Source: an uncultured Candidatus Saccharibacteria bacterium
Lineage (GTDB): Bacteria > Patescibacteriota > Minisyncoccia > Phycocordibacterales > Phycocordibacteraceae
DNA: 64,000 nt
Assembly: GCA_964650475.1 (NCBI GenBank)
Contig: CAZYRK010000001.1
Coordinates: forward strand, 8,356-72,355
Reading direction: 5' to 3'
How positions within the stretch are numbered: the first letter of the stretch is position 1; each line of letters opens with the position of its first letter. Position numbers and translations under genes: made by a program. Of the stretch, positions 48,593 through 56,700 are shown one piece after another. A model generated the notes under the pieces. That model was not told where the DNA came from and ran no database searches. It saw only the letters and a program-made list of their open reading frames with translations.

Positions 48593-51022
48593 GTGACAAA
48601 GAAAACAAATCCGATTCCAGTACATTTACATGAGCCTGCAGGTCTATCGACCGCAGAAGCTACACGTGTACGCCAACAAGTAGGACCAAACACACTTGAA
48701 GAAAAAAAGAGCGGTGCATTTGCAAAGTTTGTCTCATGGGTCGTCACTCCGATATCGCTGATGCTTCTTGTTGCCGCTTCCCTTTCTTTTTTCGCAGGAA
48801 AAATGGCTGACGGATGGATTATTATTTTTCTTTTTGCAACAAACTTCGGAATACGCATCTGGCATGAAGGAAAAGCTGATCAAGCCGTTGCAAAACTTCA
48901 AGAACACCTCACCGTATTCTCGCGCGTGCGCAGAGACGGTCACTGGCAACGCCTATCTGCCACAGAGATAGTCCCTGGAGATGTTGTGATGCTTTTGGTT
49001 GGTACTATTGTTCCGGCAGACGCAGTAATTTTCTCCGCTACAAACCTTTCTCTCAACGAGTCTATGCTTACCGGAGAATCTTTGCCACGTGATCGCACTG
49101 AAGGAGAAACAATTTATTCTGGTTCATTCGTAGCAACAGGTACGGCAATCGCAACCATTTCCGCAACAGGAAACCATACTTATTTCGGGAAGACTCTCGC
49201 TTCTGTCGAACACACAAAAAAACGCAGTGCCCTTGAGCAAGACATTCTCACAATCTCACGCTTCCTTTCTATTTTTGCAATTGTAGCGATTGTGATTTTG
49301 TCTGCATTTTTATTTACAAAACCGGGGATAAGCTGGATAGAGCTTGCAACACTCGACATATCCCTACTTATCGCAGGCATTCCTGTGGCACTTCCGACCG
49401 TTATGAGCCTCATTATAAGTATCGGGGTGCTGGAACTCGCAAAAAAGCAAGCTATCGTACGGCGCCTCGCCTCTCTTGAAGACCTTGCAAACGTGGACAT
49501 GCTTCTCTCCGACAAAACAGGCACTCTTACGGAAAACAAAATCCATGTCGATAGAGTGCTTGTACTCTCGGCAAAAGACGAAGCAGAAGTCCTTACTTTT
49601 GCAACCAGCGCTACCGACACTGCGGATGGAAATCCCCTAGAAAACGCAGTCATAGCGAAAGCAAAAGAGCTCCTTGCAATACGTCTTCCACAAACCGCAT
49701 TTACTCCCGGTGATTCAAAACGCAAAAGAAGTACTGCTTTTGTAACTAAAGACGATACCCCGTGGATAGTTACACTCGGAGCCCCGAGTACCGTGCGTGC
49801 TCTTTGCAAATTCAGTAACAAAACTTTAGAAAAACAATTCGACGAAGGAGTGGCAACCGCAGCGACACGTGGCGATCGCGCACTTGCCGTTGCAGTGCGG
49901 AGTAATGCAACAGAAGAAAAAGACCTCACCCCCCTCGGGATACTTTTTCTCTCTGACACTCTACGGAGCGACGCAAAAGAAACTATCGAAGGAATGTATG
50001 ACCAAGGTATTTCTGTAAAAATGCTTACCGGCGACGGTATTCAAATAGCAAAATATGTATCGGAAGAGCTGGGACTTCGAGGAGAGATTGTTAAACGTGA
50101 CATATTCGATTCACCGGAAAGGCTCGCAAGCTCTTTTGACGATGTTGGTGGCTTCGCAGAAGTATTACCAAAAGACAAGTACCTTGCGGTGGAAACAGCA
50201 AAAAAGACCCACGTCGTTGCGGTAACTGGTGATGGCGTAAATGATGTACCACCTATTAAAGCGGCTGATGTCGGCATCGCAGTAAAAAATTCTGTAGACG
50301 CTCTGCGCTCAAGTGCAGATATTGTACTTCTTGCCAACGGTATCTCTTCCATACGCGATGCTATTATAGAGGCACGAAAAGTTTTCTTGCGCGTATATCA
50401 CTACTCTGTTTACCGTATCTCAGAAAGCGCACGACTAATTATTACAATTACAATTATCGGAATTATTGTCGGCAACTACCCTCTCACTCCTGTACAAATT
50501 ATACTTCTCGCCGTATTAAACGACCTTCCAATAGTCTCTCTGGCTTTTGACCACGTCAACAAAGCACGCGAACCTGCAACGATTGACGTCCGTCGCAGAT
50601 TTATCCTAGGAAGTGTTTACGGTTTTACAGGCGTTCTAAACAGCATGCTCATGCTACTTATCGCTCTCACGGTACTGCATATTCCATGGGGTCAAGTACA
50701 AACACTTTTCTTCCTTAAGCTTGTGGTTTCCGGAAACCTTCTTATTTATGTAGCTCACACGGAAGAAAGATGGTTCCGATATCTGCCGAGCTGGCAAGTC
50801 ATGGCATCTATTTCAACAACCCAGTTTATAGCGACAGCATGGGCGCTAAGTGGTTTCTACACCTCCGCTCTTCCGATATGGCTTGTAGGATTTATCTGGG
50901 TATGGTCATTCTTCTGGATGCAAACAGCAGAGCTTGGCAAAATGCTTGTTGCGCGCTTCACAAAAGCAAAAGCAGGGAGCCCTCAGACGATGGCTACAGC
51001 TCCGACAACACAACCAAACTAA
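48593..51022 (+). CDS. P-type ATPase, type IIIA-like (H+/Mg2+ family)
   Basis: TGES (MLTGESLP), DKTGTLTEN, TM4 IPVALPTV and GDGVNDVPPIKAADVGIAV. Probable GTG start. Confidence 0.85.
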   Translation: MTKKTNPIPVHLHEPAGLSTAEATRVRQQVGPNTLEEKKSGAFAKFVSWVVTPISLMLLVAASLSFFAGKMADGWIIIFLFATNFGIRIWHEGKADQAVAKLQEHLTVFSRVRRDGHWQRLSATEIVPGDVVMLLVGTIVPADAVIFSATNLSLNESMLTGESLPRDRTEGETIYSGSFVATGTAIATISATGNHTYFGKTLASVEHTKKRSALEQDILTISRFLSIFAIVAIVILSAFLFTKPGISWIELATLDISLLIAGIPVALPTVMSLIISIGVLELAKKQAIVRRLASLEDLANVDMLLSDKTGTLTENKIHVDRVLVLSAKDEAEVLTFATSATDTADGNPLENAVIAKAKELLAIRLPQTAFTPGDSKRKRSTAFVTKDDTPWIVTLGAPSTVRALCKFSNKTLEKQFDEGVATAATRGDRALAVAVRSNATEEKDLTPLGILFLSDTLRSDAKETIEGMYDQGISVKMLTGDGIQIAKYVSEELGLRGEIVKRDIFDSPERLASSFDDVGGFAEVLPKDKYLAVETAKKTHVVAVTGDGVNDVPPIKAADVGIAVKNSVDALRSSADIVLLANGISSIRDAIIEARKVFLRVYHYSVYRISESARLIITITIIGIIVGNYPLTPVQIILLAVLNDLPIVSLAFDHVNKAREPATIDVRRRFILGSVYGFTGVLNSMLMLLIALTVLHIPWGQVQTLFFLKLVVSGNLLIYVAHTEERWFRYLPSWQVMASISTTQFIATAWALSGFYTSALPIWLVGFIWVWSFFWMQTAELGKMLVARFTKAKAGSPQTMATAPTTQPN

Positions 51023-51196
51023 CAACACCGTTCCGACAAACAAAACATATTAACAGTCTCTTGAAAAAAAGATTGCACATAAACATGCTTTATGGCATAC
51101 TAAATTTAACTCGCAGTGTCTCTTGAGCTTCATAACAACTTAGGTTGTTGTAAGCGTTCGGTACCCGGCGAGGGTTATCAGGTTCACTACGTACAC

Positions 51197-51502
51197 ATGC
51201 AAGAAGAAAACAAGAAAAAATTATTTGTCGGTGGTATCCCTTGGGCATCGACAGAGGAAGATGTTAGAAAAGCTTTTGAGGAGGTTGGTACGGTTGTATC
51301 GGTAAGTCTACCGATTGATCGTATGTACAATCGTCCGCGCGGATTCGGATTCGTCGAAATGTCGACTGAAGAAGAAGCACAGAAAGCCGTTGAACGATGG
51401 GATGGCAAAGACTTTGGTGGTCGCACACTTAAAGTTGATTTTGCTCGCCCTGAGAGCGAACGCCCGCCACGCGAAAATCGTGGAGGATACGGAAGCTACT
51501 AA
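51197..51502 (+). CDS. RNA-binding protein with RRM domain
   Basis: RNP-2 LFVGGI and RNP-1 RGFGFVEM. The ORF-track start at 51116 is probably too far upstream. Confidence 0.75.
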   Translation: MQEENKKKLFVGGIPWASTEEDVRKAFEEVGTVVSVSLPIDRMYNRPRGFGFVEMSTEEEAQKAVERWDGKDFGGRTLKVDFARPESERPPRENRGGYGSY

Positions 51503-51520
51503 ACTGCAATTCCGCAAAAC

Positions 51521-51555
51521 AAAAATGGCGCGCCTTTGGCGCGCCATTTTTGTTT
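51521..51555 (+). terminator. rho-independent terminator
   Basis: aaaaatggcgcgcc-tttg-gcgcgccatttttgtttt. Confidence 0.75.
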
Positions 51556-51604
51556 TATACAAAATAGGTTGCAAACTACCTTATCTACAATTACTATTTT
51601 CAAC

Positions 51605-52366
51605 ATGCCTTACCCCATACCAAATGAAGTTTCCAAAAAAGATGCCTCGTGGTTGCTTCGCGATAAGTACAGCGGTATCGAAAACGAAGAGTACGCCAAA
51701 GACATTAAGCGCCTCTCTCAAGGAGAGCCTCTCGGCTATGTTATCGGTTGGGTTCCTTTTTTGGGTACTCACATAAAATTGACCTCTCGCCCACTCATAC
51801 CACGCACCGAAACAGAGTGGTGGGTTGAAAAACTGATTAGCATACTGTCTACAAAATTTAGTACAGACGCCTTTACTCTACTCGACATGGGAGCCGGCTC
51901 CGGTGCAATAGGTTGCTCGATACTTGCCCACTTGCCAAACGTACATGTTTCGTTCGGAGAAATCAACAAAAAACATTTGGAAACCATACGCTCAAATATT
52001 ATCGATAACGACATAGACATCGCTCGTACCGACATACGCGCAGGAAACCTTTTTGAAAAATTCGAAAATAGAAAATTTGATGTAATCATATCGAACCCCC
52101 CGTACGTTCCAAAAAATCGAGAGCTTCCAAAAAGCGTCTCCTCTTACGAGCCTTCAGAAGCTCTTTACGCCGGAGAGGACGGACTTTCGGTTATTCGCGA
52201 ACTTGCAAAAAAACTTTCCGAGCACCTAACGCAAAACGGCTTTGCGTGGATAGAGGTGGACACAGAACATGCACAAGAAGCCGAGAATTTGTTTATACAA
52301 GCACATTTCAACACAAAGATACTAAACGACCAATATGGTCGCGCGCGTGTTGTTATGGCATACTAA
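51605..52366 (+). CDS. prmC: release-factor glutamine N5-methyltransferase (HemK/PrmC family)
   Basis: SAM motif DMGAGSGAIG and catalytic NPPY (IISNPPYVP). Start taken at the ATG at 51605 inside the ORF-track frame. Confidence 0.75.
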   Translation: MPYPIPNEVSKKDASWLLRDKYSGIENEEYAKDIKRLSQGEPLGYVIGWVPFLGTHIKLTSRPLIPRTETEWWVEKLISILSTKFSTDAFTLLDMGAGSGAIGCSILAHLPNVHVSFGEINKKHLETIRSNIIDNDIDIARTDIRAGNLFEKFENRKFDVIISNPPYVPKNRELPKSVSSYEPSEALYAGEDGLSVIRELAKKLSEHLTQNGFAWIEVDTEHAQEAENLFIQAHFNTKILNDQYGRARVVMAY

Positions 52367-52631
52367 AGAAACTATGAACGTTTCTCAAAAAGCTCTTACA
52401 TTTACTCCTGCAATGCCTTTTACACACTTTCTTTCAAGCATGGGCATAGGCAAAATAGAAATGATAGCGTTTGGCATTATTTTTATGATATGGATAATTT
52501 TTACAATAATATCCGCCTATCATTGGATACGATATAACTACCGCTCTGTTATAACATTACCGATGCTAGCGCTACACGTTTTCATTTCTTTTTCTCTTAT
52601 AATGTACGCATGGAGCGGAATTGCGATATAA
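52335..52631 (+). CDS. hypothetical small membrane protein
   Basis: 98 aa with two TM helices. Confidence 0.4.
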   Translation: MVARVLLWHTKETMNVSQKALTFTPAMPFTHFLSSMGIGKIEMIAFGIIFMIWIIFTIISAYHWIRYNYRSVITLPMLALHVFISFSLIMYAWSGIAI

Positions 52632-53220
52632 CACAAATATAAACATGGAAGAATTTGGACTAGAAAAAGGTGAGCGAATTGTACGAAAGGTACGAGCACA
52701 CTGGATTGTGCTCGTCGGTTCGCTTTTGCCTATTGCGGTGCTTGCGATTGCTCCGTTTGCAATTAAACCTCTTCTTAATTTTTCCACCTCAGCGACACCT
52801 GCCCTCGCAATAATAACCAAAAACATTACCCTGTTTTCAAACAGCCCGCTAGCACATACGGTACTTGGTTTGTGGTGGCTACTCCTTTGGATAGGAGCTT
52901 TTAATACCATTACATATTATTTCCTAAACGTATGGGTGCTTACAACCGAGCGACTTGTTGAGATTCGCCAGCCACGGTATTTTAATCGAAAAGTTTCGAG
53001 TTTCTTTCTCAGTCGTGTTCAAGATGTATCATCAGATGTAAACGGTGTACTTGGCACACTTTTCGGTTTTGGTTTTATTCATGTCGAAACAGCCGGAGAA
53101 AGCGAAACATTTGAGATGCACGGCATACGCAGACCAAACGCATTACGTGATATTATCTTACATGAAATTGATGAAATCCATCGCAATCACGCCGGCAATT
53201 CCGGCACCGACGGATTATAA
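52621..53220 (+). CDS. membrane protein with a bacterial PH-like (YdbS/DUF304-type) domain
   Basis: N-terminus ...ERIVRKVRAHWIVLVGSLLPIAVLAIAPF followed by a TM hairpin, typical of bPH_2 proteins. Confidence 0.45.
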   Translation: MRYNTNINMEEFGLEKGERIVRKVRAHWIVLVGSLLPIAVLAIAPFAIKPLLNFSTSATPALAIITKNITLFSNSPLAHTVLGLWWLLLWIGAFNTITYYFLNVWVLTTERLVEIRQPRYFNRKVSSFFLSRVQDVSSDVNGVLGTLFGFGFIHVETAGESETFEMHGIRRPNALRDIILHEIDEIHRNHAGNSGTDGL

Positions 53221-53241
53221 AAATCTGATACACTTTACTTC

Positions 53242-54510
53242 ATGACCGATTCAAACAAACTTTCAACAAACCCATACAAAGGAGTACGGGATTTCTACCC
53301 AAAAGACTGGGCACGCTTACAGGCTATTTTTACAAATATCAGAAAAACTCTGGCGAGATACGGATACGAAGAGTACAACGCGTCCCCTCTTGAGCGCGCT
53401 GAAATATATGAAAACAAAACGTCCGAAGAAATCGTAAATGAGCAAACCTATACTTTTACCGACCGAGGAAATCGCCGTGTCACACTTCGACCGGAAATGA
53501 CCCCGACACTCGCGCGCATGGTGGCCGGAAAGAGACGAGAAATACCATTTCCCATACGATGGTTTTCAATAGGAAACCGTTTTCGTTACGAACGCCCGCA
53601 ACACGGTCGCCTGCGAGAGTTCTACCAAACAGACGTAGACCTACTCGGAGTTTCCGGAGCTGAAGCTGATATTGAAATTGTCACGCTAGCCTCAACAATC
53701 CTAAAAGACTTCGGTGCCTCTGAAAAGGATTTCACAATCCGAATAAGCTCACGAGCGCTTTTAAACAGCGCTTGCGAATCTGTAGGACTCACTCCGGAAA
53801 AAATAAAAACTTACATGCACTTGCTCGACCGCAAAGCGAAAATGCCCGCAGATGACTTTGCTTCATCTGTACATGAGATAACCGACAAAGATCCTCTGGA
53901 GCTGATTACAGAGGGCGACAACTCAATCGTTGAGCGAGAACGGCGCGCTTTGCTTGACCTAATAGAGACACTTAAAGCACGGGGCATAACAAACGTTTTG
54001 TTCGACCCTAGTGTTACTCGCGGGTTCGACTACTACACCGGAATCGTTTTCGAAATATTCGATACAGATCCGGCAAACACACGGGCGATGTTTGGCGGAG
54101 GACGTTATGACAAACTCGTTACAATGTTTGGTGGCGACCCTATCCCTGCCGTAGGTTTTGGTATGGGCGACGTAACTCTAACCGACTTCCTAAACACACA
54201 CGAGCTTTCGGTTTCCATAAACACCAAACCGCAACTCTATATAGGCACACCGTCATTTGGAGACATTCCCGGAGCAAAAGAATTTGCACAAACATTGCGA
54301 GCACAAGGGGCTCGGGTTTTTGTAAACATTACAGAAAAATCACTCGGCGACCAGATTAAAGATGCTGTTAAACGCGAGATACCGCTTTTCCTTGCGTACG
54401 GAGAAAACGAAGTACGAAAAGATCTTGTTCGCTTAAAAATACTTGCAACAAGCGAGGAGATTGGTATGGCTTCCAACGAGCTTCCGCTATATTTACAATC
54501 ACAAAAATAA
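53242..54510 (+). CDS. hisS: histidyl-tRNA synthetase
   Basis: P-G-x-D-F-x-P N-terminal motif (YKGVRDFYP), motif 2 FRYERPQHGRLREFYQ, GGGRYD motif, C-terminal anticodon-binding domain. Confidence 0.85.
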   Translation: MTDSNKLSTNPYKGVRDFYPKDWARLQAIFTNIRKTLARYGYEEYNASPLERAEIYENKTSEEIVNEQTYTFTDRGNRRVTLRPEMTPTLARMVAGKRREIPFPIRWFSIGNRFRYERPQHGRLREFYQTDVDLLGVSGAEADIEIVTLASTILKDFGASEKDFTIRISSRALLNSACESVGLTPEKIKTYMHLLDRKAKMPADDFASSVHEITDKDPLELITEGDNSIVERERRALLDLIETLKARGITNVLFDPSVTRGFDYYTGIVFEIFDTDPANTRAMFGGGRYDKLVTMFGGDPIPAVGFGMGDVTLTDFLNTHELSVSINTKPQLYIGTPSFGDIPGAKEFAQTLRAQGARVFVNITEKSLGDQIKDAVKREIPLFLAYGENEVRKDLVRLKILATSEEIGMASNELPLYLQSQK

Positions 54511-54512
54511 AA

Positions 54513-55091
54513 ATGCGAGCAATAACATTCGATATCGAAACAAAATCCACATCTGCCGTAAGAGGACGTGTTAATCCAGATGAAATGGAGCTGACTGTCG
54601 TTGCAATACACGATTCTGACACTGGAGAATACTCATCGTACTTCAAAGAAGAACTGCCGAAACTATGGCCAATACTTGAGCGGGCCGATATGCTTATCGG
54701 TTTCAATTCAAACACCTTCGATATTCCAATTCTAAACCGTTACTACCCTGGAGACTTGTCACTTATACACTCGCTAGATCTGCTTGTAGAGGTACACAAA
54801 GCTCTTGGGAGACGTATTCGCCTGCAACTTTTAGCGGAAGCAACACTTGGCAGAGGCAAGTCCGGAGATGGCTTAAAAGCAATTGACTGGTGGGCTGAAG
54901 GAAGGTTCGATGAGGTTCGCGAATACTGTATTGAAGACGTGCGCATAACGCGAGAGCTCTATGAATACGCACTGACTAACAAAAAACTTCGCTACAAAGA
55001 CCTGAAAGATTTCCGCGATATAAAAATTGACACTAGCGAATGGAATATAAGTACCGACCACCCCTCAATGACCCATACCCTTGGAATATAA
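54513..55091 (+). CDS. DEDDy-type 3'-5' exonuclease (RNase H-like fold, PolB-exo/YprB-like)
   Basis: Exo I FDIET, Exo II FNSNTFDIPIL, Exo III YCIEDV. Confidence 0.6.
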   Translation: MRAITFDIETKSTSAVRGRVNPDEMELTVVAIHDSDTGEYSSYFKEELPKLWPILERADMLIGFNSNTFDIPILNRYYPGDLSLIHSLDLLVEVHKALGRRIRLQLLAEATLGRGKSGDGLKAIDWWAEGRFDEVREYCIEDVRITRELYEYALTNKKLRYKDLKDFRDIKIDTSEWNISTDHPSMTHTLGI

Positions 55092-55094
55092 AAC

Positions 55095-55600
55095 CCCCAT
55101 AAGTTGCGACGCGTTTGGGAAGGTCTAACCTTCCCACTTTTCCGAGAAAAACCCTTGGCATATTTTGGGAAGGTCTAACCTTCCCAACTTTTCACAAATA
55201 AAAACCTAAGCGGTACGTTGCGATGGATAGGGTAAGACATGGCCGAGCAGTTTTGCGGACACTAAGTGTCCGCAAAACTAAGTGTCCGCAGAAAGTGTCC
55301 GCAGAAATTAACCGCTAAAAACCTAAGCGGTACGTTGCGATGGTGCAGGGTAAAACTGCCGACATTGCCGACACTTAGTGTCGGCAGAGAGAGACTGTTC
55401 GCGTCATATTGTTTTGTAATGTAGCGCGTGGTTTTGGGGTTTAGATAGACCGGCTAAACATTTTGGGAAAGTTAGACCTTTTGCGGACACTTAGTGTCCG
55501 CAGAAATATAGCGCGTGGGTTTGCGGACACTTAGTGTCCGCAAAAATAGATTTTAGGAAGGTTAGACCTTCCTAACTTTTTCCGAGATGTTTTTAGACTA
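55095..55600. repeat. mosaic hairpin-repeat locus 2
   Basis: Same module set as locus 1, with E modules at 55113, 55160 and 55541 and B palindromes at 55250, 55480 and 55520. Confidence 0.8.
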
Positions 55601-55640
55601 TAGATTTATATCGCTTAATTAAAATGGTATTATCGAAAAT

Positions 55641-56327
55641 ATGAAAAGAAGTTCTGTAATTCCAATAACAATCATCCTCGGCGGCATGCTCGTGGCAAGT
55701 GCTATATATATTACAACAATCCAAAAAGCCCCTCCACAAAAAATGCACTCCGATTTGTTTCGTCCTGTAAGCGTTACCGACCACATTCTTGGCAACCCAG
55801 ACGCCCCTGTAAAAATAATCGAGTACTCCGACCTTACCTGCAAATATTGCAAAGACTTCGACAATACAATGCGACAAATAATTAAGAAATACGGGGCGTC
55901 AGGAAATGTCGCATGGGTGTTTCGCGAGTTTCCATTAACCGAAATACATCCAAACGCCATGAGATTCGCTATCGCCGCCGAATGCGTTGCAAAAACCGCG
56001 GGAGAAACTGCATTTTGGAACTTCCTTAAAATTATTTTTGCAGACCAACCTGCCAATACAAAAAACTTGGGGCAATACGCCAAAGAATCTGGAGCGAACC
56101 CAGACGTCGTAGCAACTTGTATCATTAGCGGTTCTGTAAACAAAAAAATAAATGCGGACAGAAAAAACGCTCTCTCTATAGGAGCAAGCGGCACGCCTTA
56201 TTCTCTCATCACAACATACGGAGCCCCTCCCGTTATTATAAATGGCGCGTATCCATACGACTATATTGAACAAGAAATAAACACAGCTCTAAATATAGCC
56301 AGCTCAACCGAGGCGGCACAAAAATAA
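55641..56327 (+). CDS. DsbA-like thiol:disulfide oxidoreductase (thioredoxin fold, membrane-anchored)
   Basis: N-terminal TM; CxxC active site DLTCKYCKDF. Confidence 0.75.
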   Translation: MKRSSVIPITIILGGMLVASAIYITTIQKAPPQKMHSDLFRPVSVTDHILGNPDAPVKIIEYSDLTCKYCKDFDNTMRQIIKKYGASGNVAWVFREFPLTEIHPNAMRFAIAAECVAKTAGETAFWNFLKIIFADQPANTKNLGQYAKESGANPDVVATCIISGSVNKKINADRKNALSIGASGTPYSLITTYGAPPVIINGAYPYDYIEQEINTALNIASSTEAAQK

Positions 56328-56334
56328 AATCGAC

Positions 56335-56700
56335 TAGCATTTGGGAAGGTCTAACCTTCCCAACATGAACCGCTAAAAACCTAAGCGGTACGTTGCGATG
56401 GATAGGGTAAGACATGAGTTTTGCGGACACTTAGTGTCCGCAAAAGTGTAGCGCATGGTTTTGTAGTGCGTGGTTTTGATATCTAAGAGACCAGCTAACA
56501 TGAACAGCTAAAAAGCACGCGGTACGTTGCGATGAGTTTTGCGGACACTAAGTGTCCGCAAAATAGTATCGGCAGAAATTAACACTTGCGGACACTTAGT
56601 GTCCGCAAAAGTGTCCGCAAAAAGTGTCCGCAGAAATGTAGCGCGGGGGTTTGGGGTTTGGGGTTTGGGGTTTGGGGTTTGGGGTTTGGGGAGACCAGCT
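56335..56700. repeat. mosaic hairpin-repeat locus 3, ending in a (GGGGTTT)5GGGG microsatellite (56646-56684)
   Basis: Modules E, A, B, D repeated. The final D module has its ggttttgRggttt segment expanded to five GGGGTTT units. Confidence 0.8.

Noticed and set aside
49180-49959. 259-aa minus-strand ORF
   Set aside because: It is antisense inside the type IIIA P-type ATPase gene. It is Ala/Ser/Arg-rich and looks like a GC-skewed shadow ORF.
47626-56700. CRISPR-array hypothesis for the repeated palindromes
   Set aside because: The repeats have variable length and spacing, several different module types are intermixed, and there are no cas genes.
55095-56700. Integron attC/cassette-array interpretation of the hairpin repeats flanking dsbA
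   Set aside because: There is no intI. The flanked genes include housekeeping hisS and prmC. The GTTAGAC core-like match is probably coincidental.
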